Shown here: piece after piece, positions 24,991 to 37,679 of the stretch
Position numbering within the stretch: position 1 is the stretch's first letter
Layout of the letters: each line of letters opens with the position of its first letter
Assembly: GCF_037042905.1 (NCBI RefSeq)
Contig: NC_087245.1
Location: 41,232,001 to 41,296,000, forward strand
Length of the DNA: 64,000 nt
Direction: 5' to 3'
DNA from: Lytechinus pictus
Lineage: Eukaryota
The notes under the pieces: generated by a model
Database searches by the model: none
What the model was told of the DNA's origin: nothing
The model's input: the letters and a program-made list of their open reading frames with translations, nothing else
Position numbers and translations under genes: made by a program

Positions 24991-25675
24991 TATACCACGA
25001 CGACATCAGTATTCAATAGGTATTATGAAAGTGAACAAGGCTTTAATATTTTAATCATGATAGTGTCTGAAGTAACAGTTGAACGAATGTCATGCATGTA
25101 TATTTGGTCCTCCAGTGATGAGCTCTGTTTTTTTAAGAGGCACACACCTTGTGTTTAGCGATGCCAAATTTAATATTGTAAATATAACTTTTTATACACA
25201 TGAAGGTTGAATAAATACAGTATTTTTTACTCATTTGTTTTCCTCTGGCAATTATGCAACACAAATTTGGCGGTATGCGATAGTCATTTGCCATAAAAAA
25301 TGTGATTAATTTTGCCAATAATTATAAGAAAATATATATTTATTTGATATACAAAGCGAAAAATGTTGGTAATTATAAGGTGCACATAAAGTGACACGTC
25401 GGTCGGATCCGGTGTTTAGTTAAAAACCAATGGGTGTTGTTACAAAATGTTAACACAATTAACACTTTAATAATGTAGGGTGCTGTCCTCCAGAAACATC
25501 TATTGGTGTCAGTAACATCCAGGTTTTCACATTATGTGTATATACAATTAAAAAATTGATAATGCGATGTTGTGTGCTCGGCTGTGTGGGAAGCCATTTT
25601 GCTATATTTTGAAGTCAGGCAGTCGCAGTCGATAAATGGAATTTGGGTGACAACACAGTAGTTTAGCCCTGTTAA

Positions 25676-25728
<53 letters not shown>

Positions 25729-26050
25729 ATAATAATAATAATAATAATAATAGTAATAATAATGTGACCTTTAAAGCGCCAAATCCACTCTGTAGAGTGC
25801 CCAAGGCGCATAAAGAGCTATAAGAGTAAAAAAAAAGTTGTTAGAAGAATTTTGAAATGTCTTCAGAAATGCTATTTCACAAAGTGGGACATGCAAAAGC
25901 AAATAACACCCCCCCCCCCCGAGGTTTTGAAACTTTTGGAATAACAAGGTAGCCAGAAGTGGATGAGCACAAAGACCTACTTGGTCTGTAGTAATTGATA
26001 AATTAATGAAAGAAGGAAATGTTGAATAAGGTAAGCAGGGCATTTCGGTA
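25676..26050 (-). mobile_element. L2-type LINE 3' end fragment with (ATT)/(AGT) tail
   Basis: Minus strand gives degenerate LVIPK...FAFACPTL*NSI (cf. LINE ORF2 C-terminal 'L.VP...RAFS.AAP.LWNSLP'), then ggcgctttaaa and a microsatellite tail. Confidence 0.5.
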
Positions 26051-27699
26051 GTTTTAAAAATGTGTTACAATAACAATATCCTCCACTCTTTTCATTGGCA
26101 CTCGCTTCTGATTCTGTTGAGGTTTTGTCATCAAATTATTAATATAATGAACGAGGAAGAATACTTACTGAATTTGAAATGCAACCGAGAGGGAAAAAAT
26201 GCTATAACTATCGGGAGAGGGGGAACCACTCTCTTTTCATGTCAATTACTTAATCAGGATCGCTGAAACATGAGTAGGCTATGACAAAACAGTACAGCGA
26301 TTTCCCATTGCAATGTAGCAAAACCCATCAATATGTTGGTACAAATAATTCTGAAAGCATTTTCATTAATTAAATGTAAGATAAAACAAAAGTATCGGGT
26401 GATTCAATAAAGTTTGTTTCTCTAGGATCGTAGAAAAATGTCGTGATGTTGTCTACATTCAAGACTTAGCATGAAGAGAGCATTTTGTGGCGCGGTTCAC
26501 TAACTTTTGAGTACAACTGTATATTGCTTGGACCTCTTAGATGCGAGTACTGGTATAACCGTCAGAAACTTCAATTGCATATCAGATAAATTCAATTCAA
26601 TTTAAGGTTTATTAAAAACATGAGTCGCAGCCAAATGGCTGAATTCGTTGTATACAAAGCACAAACAATTAAAAGACTCATTACATATTTCAAACATTAA
26701 AAATCAGTAACCTTTGTAAAAACTGACGTGAGAAATACGAGTATAGGCAAGGATACTTAGGCAATTAAAGTTTATATACATGAACATTAGATAATGAGGA
26801 AGTGAGTAAATTAAGAGTAATAAAAAACAAAATAAGTATAAATTCGCCAATATATAATATTCATAGAAAGGCGCGTGTACACCTCTCTTAACTTTTGACA
26901 AACTGTACGATGCTGTTTGTCATGCTGGTATAATGAGTGCGCCGTGATAAGTTAACGAGCGGGTATATAAAGTAATAATATTCCTGCTCGGTCGATGCAC
27001 TCCCTCGCATGAATACAATTGGTCCCTATTTTCTGAGGTTCATATCCCAAATATTGTAATTCAGTGAACGCTGAGTTTAATCCATCTCTCAGAGGCGATA
27101 TTCACATGAAATGATCAAACTCGATTTGCCCATTTTATTTTCATCGGTCTTTTTATTCAATGCTTGTCATGTTTTATCTATAAAAAAAAATATATAGAAA
27201 AAAGGTAAAATTAAAACTAAAAAACTTCCTTTCACATTTACCCTACGACGTGATCGGAAAGCAGATTCTACCTAATGCAATCTTAATTTTATGCTGTTTA
27301 ATATTCTCTTTTCCTTTGCACAAATGAAGGTCGAATGAGCCTTATATTCTTCTTCCCACTTCTTTTCTGAAAAAGTATATTGACGAAAATTTGCGAATAT
27401 TCCAGATAACACATACTACATCTTGCACGAACCCATTAATCTATTATTTGTCATCTTATTGTCGTACGTCAATCAGTCACTTTCTTGCTAATGTTGGTCG
27501 CCCACACGAGGGAATAAAATGGAATAACGGAAGAACTTTCCAACATAAAAATTAACCTAGATACATTATTTTTGTTTAAAGGGTTCTTTCATTAACTCAT
27601 TTTTTTCATTCCATGATGTTTTCCTCAGTCAAGTCTGCGATGTAAATTGACATTTTCATTATTCTATCATTGTACTTGATAAAGATAATGATTAATGGC

Positions 27700-28338
27700 A
27701 AAAAGAAGCTGCTGAAAACTGCTTATCTAATAAAAGAGAGCCAATGGAGTAAATTAGAAAGTCAAAAAGGGGCCTAAGCTTTCGATCCTAGCAGAATCTT
27801 CGTCGGAGGCAAAATGACAAACATATAAAGTGGAATAACCATAATATAGACCACAAACAAGCTACAGCAACACTAGAAACAAGGAGACAAAAGGGGCATT
27901 AGTGAGTAGAGAAGACCAATCAGGTTAGTGAAGGGGATGAAAGAAAAGGAGTAGGCAGACACATTATCAGTTGTTCCCCATTCTTTTCCTTTTTTCCCCC
28001 ACTCTTATGCACCAGTTTATTATGCCTTTCTTTGTAACCTGTTTGACACACCTCTCACTAATTCTCTAGTTATTCATCCCTCTATCACTGTTTTGTTCCA
28101 GATCCTGTTTGATGTTGCCTGCCTCATTATCTTAATCCCTCTTGGCCTTACTTACGCTAACTTCCCTTTTGTGTATGCCTATTCCTTTTCTTTCATCCCC
28201 TTCACTAACCTGATTGGTCTTCTCTACTCACTAATGCCCCTTTTGTCTCCTTGTTTCTAGTGTCGCTGTAGCTTGTCTGTGGTCTATATTACGGTTGTTC
28301 CACTTTATATGTTTGTCATTTTGCCTCCGACGAAGATT
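27700..28338. mobile_element. Penelope-like element terminal (pLTR) fragment with inverted duplication
   Basis: ~27795-27962 is the reverse complement of ~28171-28338; contains a hammerhead motif; ~27704-27813 recurs at ~30041-30149; abuts (AAT)n. Confidence 0.75.
27772..27810 (-). ncRNA. Minimal hammerhead ribozyme motif (core variant CCGACGA)
   Basis: Minus strand: GCCU CCGACGA A GAUUC UGCUA GGAUC GAAA GC UU AGGC. Confidence 0.6.
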
Positions 28339-29349
28339 AATATTAATAATAATAATAATATTAATAACATATAACAATGATAATGACCAGCATAAACATT
28401 TTCCGTACATATTAAAGGGTTCTCTTTACAACTTTTTAAAAAAAGTTTTCAAGCAAAACATGTTTGATCTATCTAAACCTGGTTTCTCTTTTTCGTCGCC
28501 CCCATCCATTTCCCTTACATCTCGTATTGTACATTATCATGATTATAATCAGCTAGTATAATTCTGTTGCCATTAATTTAGACTCGAGAAAATATGAACG
28601 TCGGTATTATATCGTATCATGGCATGTTAATGTACATAAGTTTGTTTGAAGATAAAATTTTCTAGAAATTCAATACCTCTGAGATCGTAATTAGTTACGC
28701 CGCGAGACAAACTCTTGCGTAATAAATATTTTCTCCATCAATTATCATTTCAACTCGAAATCATCTCAGTTGCTTGTAGATTGAATAGGAAGAAATGATG
28801 AGAATGAGAGAGAGGAGAGGACTCTTTCATTAATGGTAAAAGCTGAAACTCAAACATAATCCACGTAATTATACCGAAGGGATACGGGCAGGGGCCCGGG
28901 TCACAATTAACTTACAGTCAACATTATTTCCAGACAGTATTCAACACATTATCGCGTTATAGAACAATAATAATGATAATACATAACATATAATAACATG
29001 ATAACAAGTTCTCAAATAAAAACAACAATATACATACTAATGAACTCAACAACGAATGCCTGGTGATTATCTAAAAGAAATTATTATTTCTGTATAAAGC
29101 CTATTATTGGTTGTTACAAAATTTAAACAAATGAAATATACAGCATGTACGTGATAAGTGTAAGAAGAAAGAAAGAATGTGGATATACTTGCTCAAGACA
29201 GACGTTCGCCAAGAAACAATTAATAAAATATTCATTATGCATTAATAATTGGAAGCATTATATGCTGACAAGCACTAAAAGTTACCATGGTAACAGTGTC
29301 TTCTAGCCAATCAAAACCAAGTATTTAATGATAATCCAATAATTTGCGA

Positions 29350-29490
29350 CATTTATATCGCGCTTAATACAATGTCTCTATTACCCCGGCTTTAGCACGG
29401 CTATCCTGATCGGACGCTCGAGCATTCATGGAACTTCTTCCTACCGGGTACCTATTTACTACACCTGGGTGAAGAGTGGCAAATGTAGGC
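29350..29490 (-). mobile_element. Truncated Deu/Nin-type SINE
   Basis: ttaccccggcttt...ccgggtacctatt..cacctgggtgaagagtggcaaa, homologous to 37680-37964 and 51453-51800. Confidence 0.65.
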
Positions 29491-30107
29491 AAATATATCT
29501 TACTGAATTTGCGAGTGATTGACAACTTGTCAACTTGGACGAAAAGCTCCCCACAGGGGACAATAATTAATCCGACTTAAGTCCGCCATCGCTCTTCGTA
29601 AAAGCACGAGCCAGAAGAATAGGTATGGATATGTATTGAACGTTGTATATTACGAAAAGCCCTCTTAATGGTCTTAAGGGGGCGACTAATTACTTCTTCC
29701 TCAAGACCCTGATAATCTGACAAATCTGCAAATCTGTTCATCAAGTAAATAAAATTACTTTCTAAGCGCAATCACTTGGGACTCTATTGTAATTAGGACG
29801 TAAACGGAAGTAATCCACTAGGTCCAATTTAACATGCCAAACGATCAATGATTGCATAAAAAATATAGTTATTGTTGTAATGTTTGTAATAAAAATATAA
29901 TAAAAATAATAATATGAATGATGATAATAATAATAACAGCAATAAAAAAAATAATAATAATAATGATGATGATGATGATGATGATGATGATAATGATAAC
30001 GATAACATTAATAATAATAATAATAATAATAATAGCAGAAAGAAGCTGCTGAAAACTGCTTATCTAATAAAAGAGAGCCAATGGAGTAAATTAGAGAGTC
30101 AAAAGGG

Positions 30108-30146
30108 ACCTAAGCTTTCGATCCTAGCAGAATCTTCGTCAGAGGC
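30108..30146 (-). ncRNA. Minimal type I hammerhead ribozyme, canonical core
   Basis: Minus strand: GCCU CUGACGA A GAUUC UGCUA GGAUC GAAA GC UU AGGU. CUGANGA and GAAA boxes, 5-bp stem II, palindromic AAGCUU stem III, CUU cleavage triplet, 4-bp stem I. Confidence 0.75.
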
Positions 30147-30158
30147 AAACAAATTTTT

Positions 30159-30197
30159 GCCTCCGACGAAGATTCTGCTAGGATCGAAAGCTTAGGC
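30159..30197 (+). ncRNA. Minimal hammerhead ribozyme motif (core variant CCGACGA)
   Basis: gcct ccgacga a gattc tgcta ggatc gaaa gctt aggc. Confidence 0.6.
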
Positions 30198-30233
30198 CCC
30201 TTTTGACTCTCTAATAATAATAAATAATAATAA

Positions 30234-30235
<2 letters not shown>

Positions 30236-30264
<29 letters not shown>

Positions 30265-30311
30265 AAGAAGAAGAGGAAGAGGAGGAAGAGGAAGAAGAGG
30301 AAGAAGAGGAA

Positions 30312-30346
<35 letters not shown>

Positions 30347-30347
30347 A

Positions 30348-30409
<62 letters not shown>

Positions 30410-30425
30410 AGAAGAAGAAGAAGAA

Positions 30426-30457
<32 letters not shown>

Positions 30458-30506
30458 AGAAGAGGAAGAAGAAGAAGAAGAGGAAGAAGAACAAAAAGAA
30501 GAAGAA
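30236..30506. repeat. (GAA)n microsatellite
   Basis: Direct reading. Confidence 0.95.
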
Positions 30507-31571
30507 ATGATGGTCTGGTAAATATTATGATCCAAATTTTTACATGTTGTGGTTTTACTGGACTGCAAACATGCAGAGGCGAAAGGTGGCATGGGGGTGC
30601 TAACGGGTTGTGTCGTTACCATATCACAATCAATAAGTGTTACTTTATTTGCACATTGAAGTTGATATTTGAATACACAGCACACAGTGACCCCGGACAG
30701 TGATTGCAGTGGAGTGGGTATCTGTAACAACACCAAACATTAATTTTACTCCTGGATAAGATTTGTGGTGTGAGGTAAACACCTATGGGTAATTTTGCAG
30801 CACCTTTGGTTATAATGTTTTACACCCTTTGGTCAAACATTTCTGGGTGTGGTCATCTCGGGACACCAAATCGTGACAGTTTTAATACCCAGTGCGAATT
30901 CAGTACTTCGTTCAATTCTCTCTTTCATATCCATTCAACATGTTCAAACATAATACAGAGTAATATGAATCAGATACATCTTAAACTCTAATACATTTTA
31001 AAGAATTGAATCGGAATCGCTTTTTATTCTATTTACTCTTTTGTTACAGGGTCTCTTTAAAATGCCACTGCTTTTTAAGTCATTACTATTAATGAAGGAC
31101 ATGGGAGGGTTTTTAATAGCAGAAGACAAATATTTTGATCACGCACACCATTACGCATACTCAAATTCATGCAATGTCTATTAATATTGAAGGATTTTTG
31201 TAAAATATTAAAATCTGACAATGCTCCGATTGAAGCACCGGCTAAAATCATTCCCAAGGCCAGGGCACGCATGAAGAACACTGTATTGTTCGGGGAGAAA
31301 GAGAAAGAGAAAAAAAGTTGAGGAGAAAGGAAGAGAGGTGGAGAGGGATGGAGAGAGAGAAGGAGGGGGAGTGGAGATTGCAATTGGCTTATTGTTCGTG
31401 AAGGGGAAAAGTCAAGGAGAAGGGAACATGATATGAAAAGTTAAAGTCTATGGGGAAAAAATAATAAATCGTATTTATTCTCGTGAAGGATGTCATTTCA
31501 AATATTTATCTACTTGATCACAAATTCACGATGCACTTCACGAAGCGTGCCCTATTGCATGTTTAAACGTT

Positions 31572-32112
31572 AAGAAGAAGTTAAAAGGGGAGAAGGAGGA
31601 GAAGAAGAGGAACAAAAAGAAGAAGAAGAAAAAGAAGAAGAAGAAGAAGAAAGAAGAAGAAGAAGAAGAAGAAGAAGAAGAAAAAGAAGAAGGAGGAGGA
31701 GGAAAAAAAGAAGAAGAAGGAAAAAGAAAAAGAAGAAGGAAAAGAAGAAGAAGAAGGGCAGGAGGAGGGGGAGGAGGAAGAAGAAGAAAAAGAAGGACAG
31801 GAGGAGGGGGAGGAGGAGGAAGAAGAAAAAGAAGGGCAGGAGGGAGGGGGAGGAGGAAGAAGAAGAAAAAGAAGGGCAGGAGGAGGGGGAGGAGGAAGAA
31901 GAAGAAAAAGAAGGGCAGGAGGGGGAGGAGGAAGAAGAAGAAAAAGAAGGGCAGGAGGAGGGGGAGGAGGAGGAAGAAGAATAAGAAAGGCAGGAGGAGG
32001 GGGAGGAGGAAGAAGAAGAAGAAGAAGAAGAAGGGCAGGAGGGGGAGGAGGAAGAAGAAGAAGAAGAAGAAGAAGAGGAGGAGGAGAAAGAAGAAGAAAG
32101 GGGGAGGAAGAA
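31572..32112. repeat. GAA/GGA polypurine tract with ~33-42-bp higher-order unit
   Basis: Repeated aagaagggcaggaggagggggaggaggaagaagaagaa. Confidence 0.9.
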
Positions 32113-33189
32113 GCTCACGGTGGTGCGTACATGCTTGAGAGAGGGAGAGTACGAAAGGGGAGTGGTGGTGTTTCGACTTGTGATATAAAACTGTAACAAA
32201 AAAATAAATTGGTAGTCTGTAAAAGTTATCTTTTCAACCTCTACCCCCCTCCTCATCCCTCTCTCTCTCTGTCTCCCTCTCTCACCCTGCTCAAAGGAAA
32301 GAAAATTACGTCGTCAAAGCCGCTAGAATATATTATTGAGCCCCTCGTGCAAAACAGAAATGCTCGAAAACAACTATATTTACTTGGGTATAAAACTCGA
32401 TTATTCACTCAATTGGTTTAATAGTCAAGGGGCCTTTTGTGCGCGAAAAGAGATGATTCCTATTTATATTTCATTCTAAGAAGTGTGCGGAGTATAAGGT
32501 AGTTACCTATACAATCAGCATTTAAAGAATGACGCAAATCATTTATCATAAGAAAACAACTTAACGATGAATTTCCTCTTTAATCTGTTGGTTCGTCGGA
32601 TCTCATTCTACTTTGAACAAACAATTACATATTACAAGAATATGAGGTCATATTACTCTCGTAAAAATATAGCTTATTGCAAAATATACGTGATGCGATC
32701 ATAAAAGAATCTTTTGACGCAAAGTATATTTAGATTCTATTCTAGAAATGCCACAATTCAATAGCACTACAAACTAATTAAATATCCAACATGAAATATA
32801 CCTTGTATATATACTCTGACTAATCTATCGAATTCTGTTTTTTTATAATTATTTTAGCTTGTTCTTAAGAATGCAAGGGGAAAGTTTAAAGCTTTATAGG
32901 CGATTCGTACGTAGTCTGCATGCACACACCCTGATTGAAACTTCGATCAACAAGTGGGTCTCCACGCAAAGACTAGCGCATATAAAACTTGCTGTTTCAT
33001 TTCGAGAGCGTGAGGGGCCTTCAGAACTCAAGGCATTAATAGGCTGCACATTCAGACCCTTAACTCGAGTGAAGGGTTTGCACAGCAGACTAATTCGTAC
33101 ACTGCTAAAATCGTGGCGTTTTAAAGTACCCCCAGTGGGCATGGTGGACAATACACCAAGCATAATTTTACATCAGTGCTAAATTCATG

Positions 33190-33500
33190 GGCCCGTATTT
33201 TGAAGTCAGGTTTAATATAAACTCTGGTTTAAAGATGTGGTTTAACTATGGATAGCCACGAGTGGCACAAATCTTTAACAGTATAATTTCAATGTATCAG
33301 CTCATTTTTCTCTCAAATCATTCTTAACTGTTTCGGAAGGATAAATAAGAGAGCTTTCTTCTAATTCACGAGCTAGGAAAGAGCACAGTAAACATAAGAA
33401 ACATCCAATGTCAGGAAAATTTTGACATTTTTTGCCGTCCATAATTTTAGCTCAGAGTGAGGCCATGGTCTAGGTTAAACCCAACTTCAGAATACGGGCC
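33190..33500. mobile_element. Harbinger-like MITE family H
   Basis: ggcccgtattttgaagt ... acttcagaatacgggcc; 3-bp TSD ATG. Confidence 0.85.
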
Positions 33501-33838
33501 ATGGAGTTGGTTCAACACCAGTGGCCTAAGAACGATTTGTAAAGAAAGGGTGGTGGTTTGTAAGCATGCAAACAAAAACAATATGAAGTTTTCACTCCAA
33601 AACGAAGGGAATTTTGTCAGACAGAAATTTAAGAAGCAAAAAAAGTTATCTCCCTAACTTCCAGTTTTTTTTTCATTATTATTTTTTTATCTATATCATC
33701 AGCAGCAGCATCATCATCATCATCACCATCGTCATCGTAATAAATTCAAGTCTACATTCAATTCAATTCAATTCAATTCTTTATTTGATTTCCATTCAAA
33801 CATAATACAAATTTCTGCCACAAATATTCTGCCACAAC

Positions 33839-33988
33839 CAGGGGCGGATCCAGGGGGAGGGGCACATTTTCTCGCTGAAAATTTGACGAACAAACAAAAA
33901 AAAAAGTTTTCAATTTTGAGTACTGCTCTCAAGAGGGGGGGGGGGTGGTGGTGGTATGGGCCGGATGTGCCCCCTGGATCCGCCAATG
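33839..33988. mobile_element. hAT-like MITE
   Basis: caggggcggatccagggg ... cccctggatccgccaatg; 8-bp TSD GCCACAAC. Confidence 0.85.
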
Positions 33989-34638
33989 GCCACAACAAAT
34001 GAACGTTTAAATTGCTACGAAAAAATAAATAAATCGCACAAAAGTTGTTATATCGAATAGGCTCATACAATTAAATTTAAATTATTATAATACTGATTAA
34101 AATATTTCCATTTTATCATTACATGTAAAATGGAGATATTTTGAGATAGGGAAGCGAGAGAGGGGGGTGGTGAGTATTAGGAAAGCAGTCTTACTGCCGA
34201 CATCTTTCAGTGAAAGAAAAGTAGAAAATGACCAGTTATACTCATTGAAGTGATTTACAAGTCTATCTCTCTGCACTCACGTCTACATAAATTCTCTGTT
34301 CTATAGTTGCTTGGTGTTTGTAAATATTAATGTTACTGGAACAAACGAATAAGAAAAAACTCGTTAGGTCTGATCCATGAGACTAATTAACCTATACGGT
34401 TTGCGTCATTGCCATGGTGATGATAGCACACGAAACTACTAAAGATGCAGTCTTTCTTCCTTGTACAAATTTGAACAAGCTTGGGGAGAAATTAACGACA
34501 AGATAATGCTTTAGAGATTAGAGGCGACTGTTTTTTTTTTATTCTTAAAAGTTCAGGGTTTCCTCCGATGGCTCCCCACCGATTAATGTTATTATGCAAA
34601 TCTGCATTGTCTAGAAACAAACTAAAATGATATGGGCG

Positions 34639-35415
34639 CAGCTTCTGAGAATGGCGTAGGTCTACTGCTAAAAGTAGATTATATAAAAAAAAAAACCTGG
34701 CAGTTCATTGTCATATTATAACTGTAATTATCTTCCTCGTTGTCATCATAAACTCATCATTAAAACATTTGTCATAGCTATCCTCATTATTATGGCAACC
34801 ATCACCATCGCCATCACTATTATCATCATTATCACCACTACAGCTTCTGAGAATGACTAGGTCTTCTGCTAAAAGTAGATTATGTAAAAAACTGGCAGTT
34901 CGTTATCATATTATAACTGTCATTATCTTCCTCGTTGTCATAAACTCATCATTAAAACATTTGTCATAGCTATCATCATCATTATGGCAACCATCACCAT
35001 CGTCATCACTATTATCATCATTATCACCACTACAGCTTCTGAGAATGACTAGGTCTTCTGCTAAAAGTAGATTATGTAAAAAAACTGGCAGTTCGTTATC
35101 ATATTATAACTGTCATTATCTTCCTCGTTGTCATAAACTCATCATTAAAACATTTGTCATAGTTATCATCATCATTATGGCAACCATCACCATCGTCATC
35201 ACTATTATCATCATTATCACCACTACAGCTTCTGAGAATGACTAGGTCTTCTGCTAAAAGTAGATTATGTAAAAAAACTGGCAGTTCGTTATCATATTAT
35301 AACTGTAATTATCTTCCTCGTTGTCATCATAAACTCATAATTGAAATATTTGTCATAGCTATCCTCATCATTATGGCAACCATCACAATCGCAATTATCA
35401 TCATTATCTCCACTA
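34639..35415. repeat. ~193-bp tandem repeat, four copies
   Basis: Units start cagcttctgagaatg at ~34639, 34841, 35033 and 35226; middle copies nearly identical. Confidence 0.95.
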
Positions 35416-36004
35416 CCACCGCCACAACCTGCTCCCTACAACCTACAACAAACTCCACTACCATCACCTCATTATCTTCATCCCAATCCCCATTTCCGCC
35501 ATTACCATTAAAGATACCAATACCACCACCACCATCATCGTTCCACCATCACCACCATCAAAACCATCACCATCACTGTCACCATGCTCATCACCAACGC
35601 CAATATCTCTGCCACAGTCATCAATATTTGATTTATTTATTTATTTATTTCCGTTCAAACAAAAGATATAATCCAAGTACAGTGTAAATACATGTTCAAA
35701 ATAATACATACTCAAAATAATACATACAGTTCTATAACATTTCATAACAAATATTGAAGATAAAATTATCTGAACGGAGGGACTTGTCAAGAAAAGCAGA
35801 GCTTGTAAAAAAGGTAAGTCCCTAAACATAGTTTCAATACTAATTAACATAACCTATATACAAGAGACGGGTGGAAAACGAAATTAAAATACATAATCTA
35901 CAAAATACCAAAATAGAGCGTGGAAAGTAATTTGAATAATAGGAATGATAACGATAATAATGATAAAATTTGTTGATATAAATTATAAGAGTGGAAAAGG
36001 CCCT

Positions 36005-36711
36005 CACTACCACTACAACATCATCATCACCACCATCACAACGACCATAAACCTCATGTCCATCACCATCATCGTGCACCACCACCACCACCATCGCCAC
36101 CAGCACCACCATGAACACCACTACCATAATAACCATCATCATCGTCACCAACATCATCATTACCACCACCAGCATCACCATCATCTCTTTTACCATTACT
36201 ATCATCGCCGACACCATCATCAACACCTCCACCATCACAACCTGCACCACAATCACCACTACCACCACCACCACCGCCACCACCATCAAAATAATTATCC
36301 CCATCATCGTACTGTTCACCATCAAATATATCTAAAGTAGATATGAACTTAAGATTGTGTACCGTTATTAAAATGTTTATATTTACTTGGTCTATAAGTA
36401 GTTGGTCTCATCTCATGCATATGGTCAACAGCACCACCATAACCACCACGACCATCATCGTCGTCACCACCAGCATCACCATCGCCACTGCCACTACTAC
36501 AACAACCACCACAACCATCATCATAACCACCATCTTTTTTACCACTACCATCATCGCCAACATCATCATCACCCCCTCCACTACCACAACCAGCACTACC
36601 ATCACCACCGCCACCACCACCACCATTACCATTACCAACACTACCACCACCTCCACCACCACCAAAAACATTATCCCTATCGTCGCACTGTTCACATTCC
36701 AATATATCTAA
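36005..36711. repeat. CAC/CAT-rich low-complexity block present twice
   Basis: Both copies end attatccc.atc.tcg.actgttcac..tc.aatatatctaaa (~36335 and ~36711). Confidence 0.75.
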
Positions 36712-37679
36712 ATTTGAATTTTGAATTTATTTATTACCAAATATCACTGTCAGGTACAATTACAAGGAATAGTACATCACATATAAACAAAACATTTGGT
36801 AATTGGAGCTAACATAATAGCAAGATGCTAATCGAGGTTAGCCCGAAATAATGTCATTATCATAGTTTAAACAATAAATTTAACTAAATCTCAATATTGT
36901 ACATCAAATTCAGTACTAATTCTACTTATTCACAAAATCTTTATATATAATTATTTGTTTTCTGGCAGTATTTTACCATCCCAAATTAATTATGATCTTC
37001 CAGAAGCATTAATTTAATATTACTTGGCAGATGAATTAGATATGAACTGAAGATTATATACCATTTAATGTACGTGTTCACTTGATCTACAAGCACTTAG
37101 ACTACTTATCATGCAGATGGTCTATAACGAAATGGGCTTAACTCATTGGTCTACTATCAGTGTAGTCTAACTGCTGTTAGGTCTACTGCACTTGGTCTTA
37201 CACACGCTAGGCGTAACTGTCATCTATATTCTAAGACCCAGTTGGTCTAATTTCCACTCTGCCTTCTTGTTATTTTGTATTTTGTCAAATAAAAAATTTG
37301 GTTCATAGACAGTTACTGTAAGTGGTGTTAGACCGAGGGGATATTAGAATAAAGTAATATGGCCTAACTGGAAATTAGACCAATTGGCCAATAGACCACA
37401 CGGTTAGTAGACTATCTGGTTGTAGACAAACCAGGATTTGTCCTTTAATCTTATCTTATCTGTAGCATTCTTTTGGAAACTGTTGAGATTTTATTACTGA
37501 CTATTTCATATCATCCTTCCTAGCCACTCTTCAATTCACTTGACTGGCTTCCTTTGAAACAGAGAATTATGTTCAAATTACTTTTGATTTTCTACAAAAC
37601 ATTGAATAAACAGGTTATTTAACTAACTGTTTGACGCTGTTAACACCAACAAGAGCACTTAGGTTGGCCGGTGACCCTC

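Larger units (their letters stand above)
30037..30215. mobile_element. Penelope-like pLTR fragment forming a hairpin, inserted in (AAT)n
   Basis: Near-identical to ~27704-27813; arms 30090-30149 and 30156-30215 are inverted copies; (AAT)n on both sides. Confidence 0.75.

Noticed and set aside
30110..32256. Poly-Ser and poly-Phe ORFs (208, 100 and 228 aa)
   Set aside because: Translations of (GAA)n and GGA tracts.
32859..33182. 107-aa ORF after an AG acceptor-like site
   Set aside because: No recognisable domain and no matching partner exons; length is compatible with chance.
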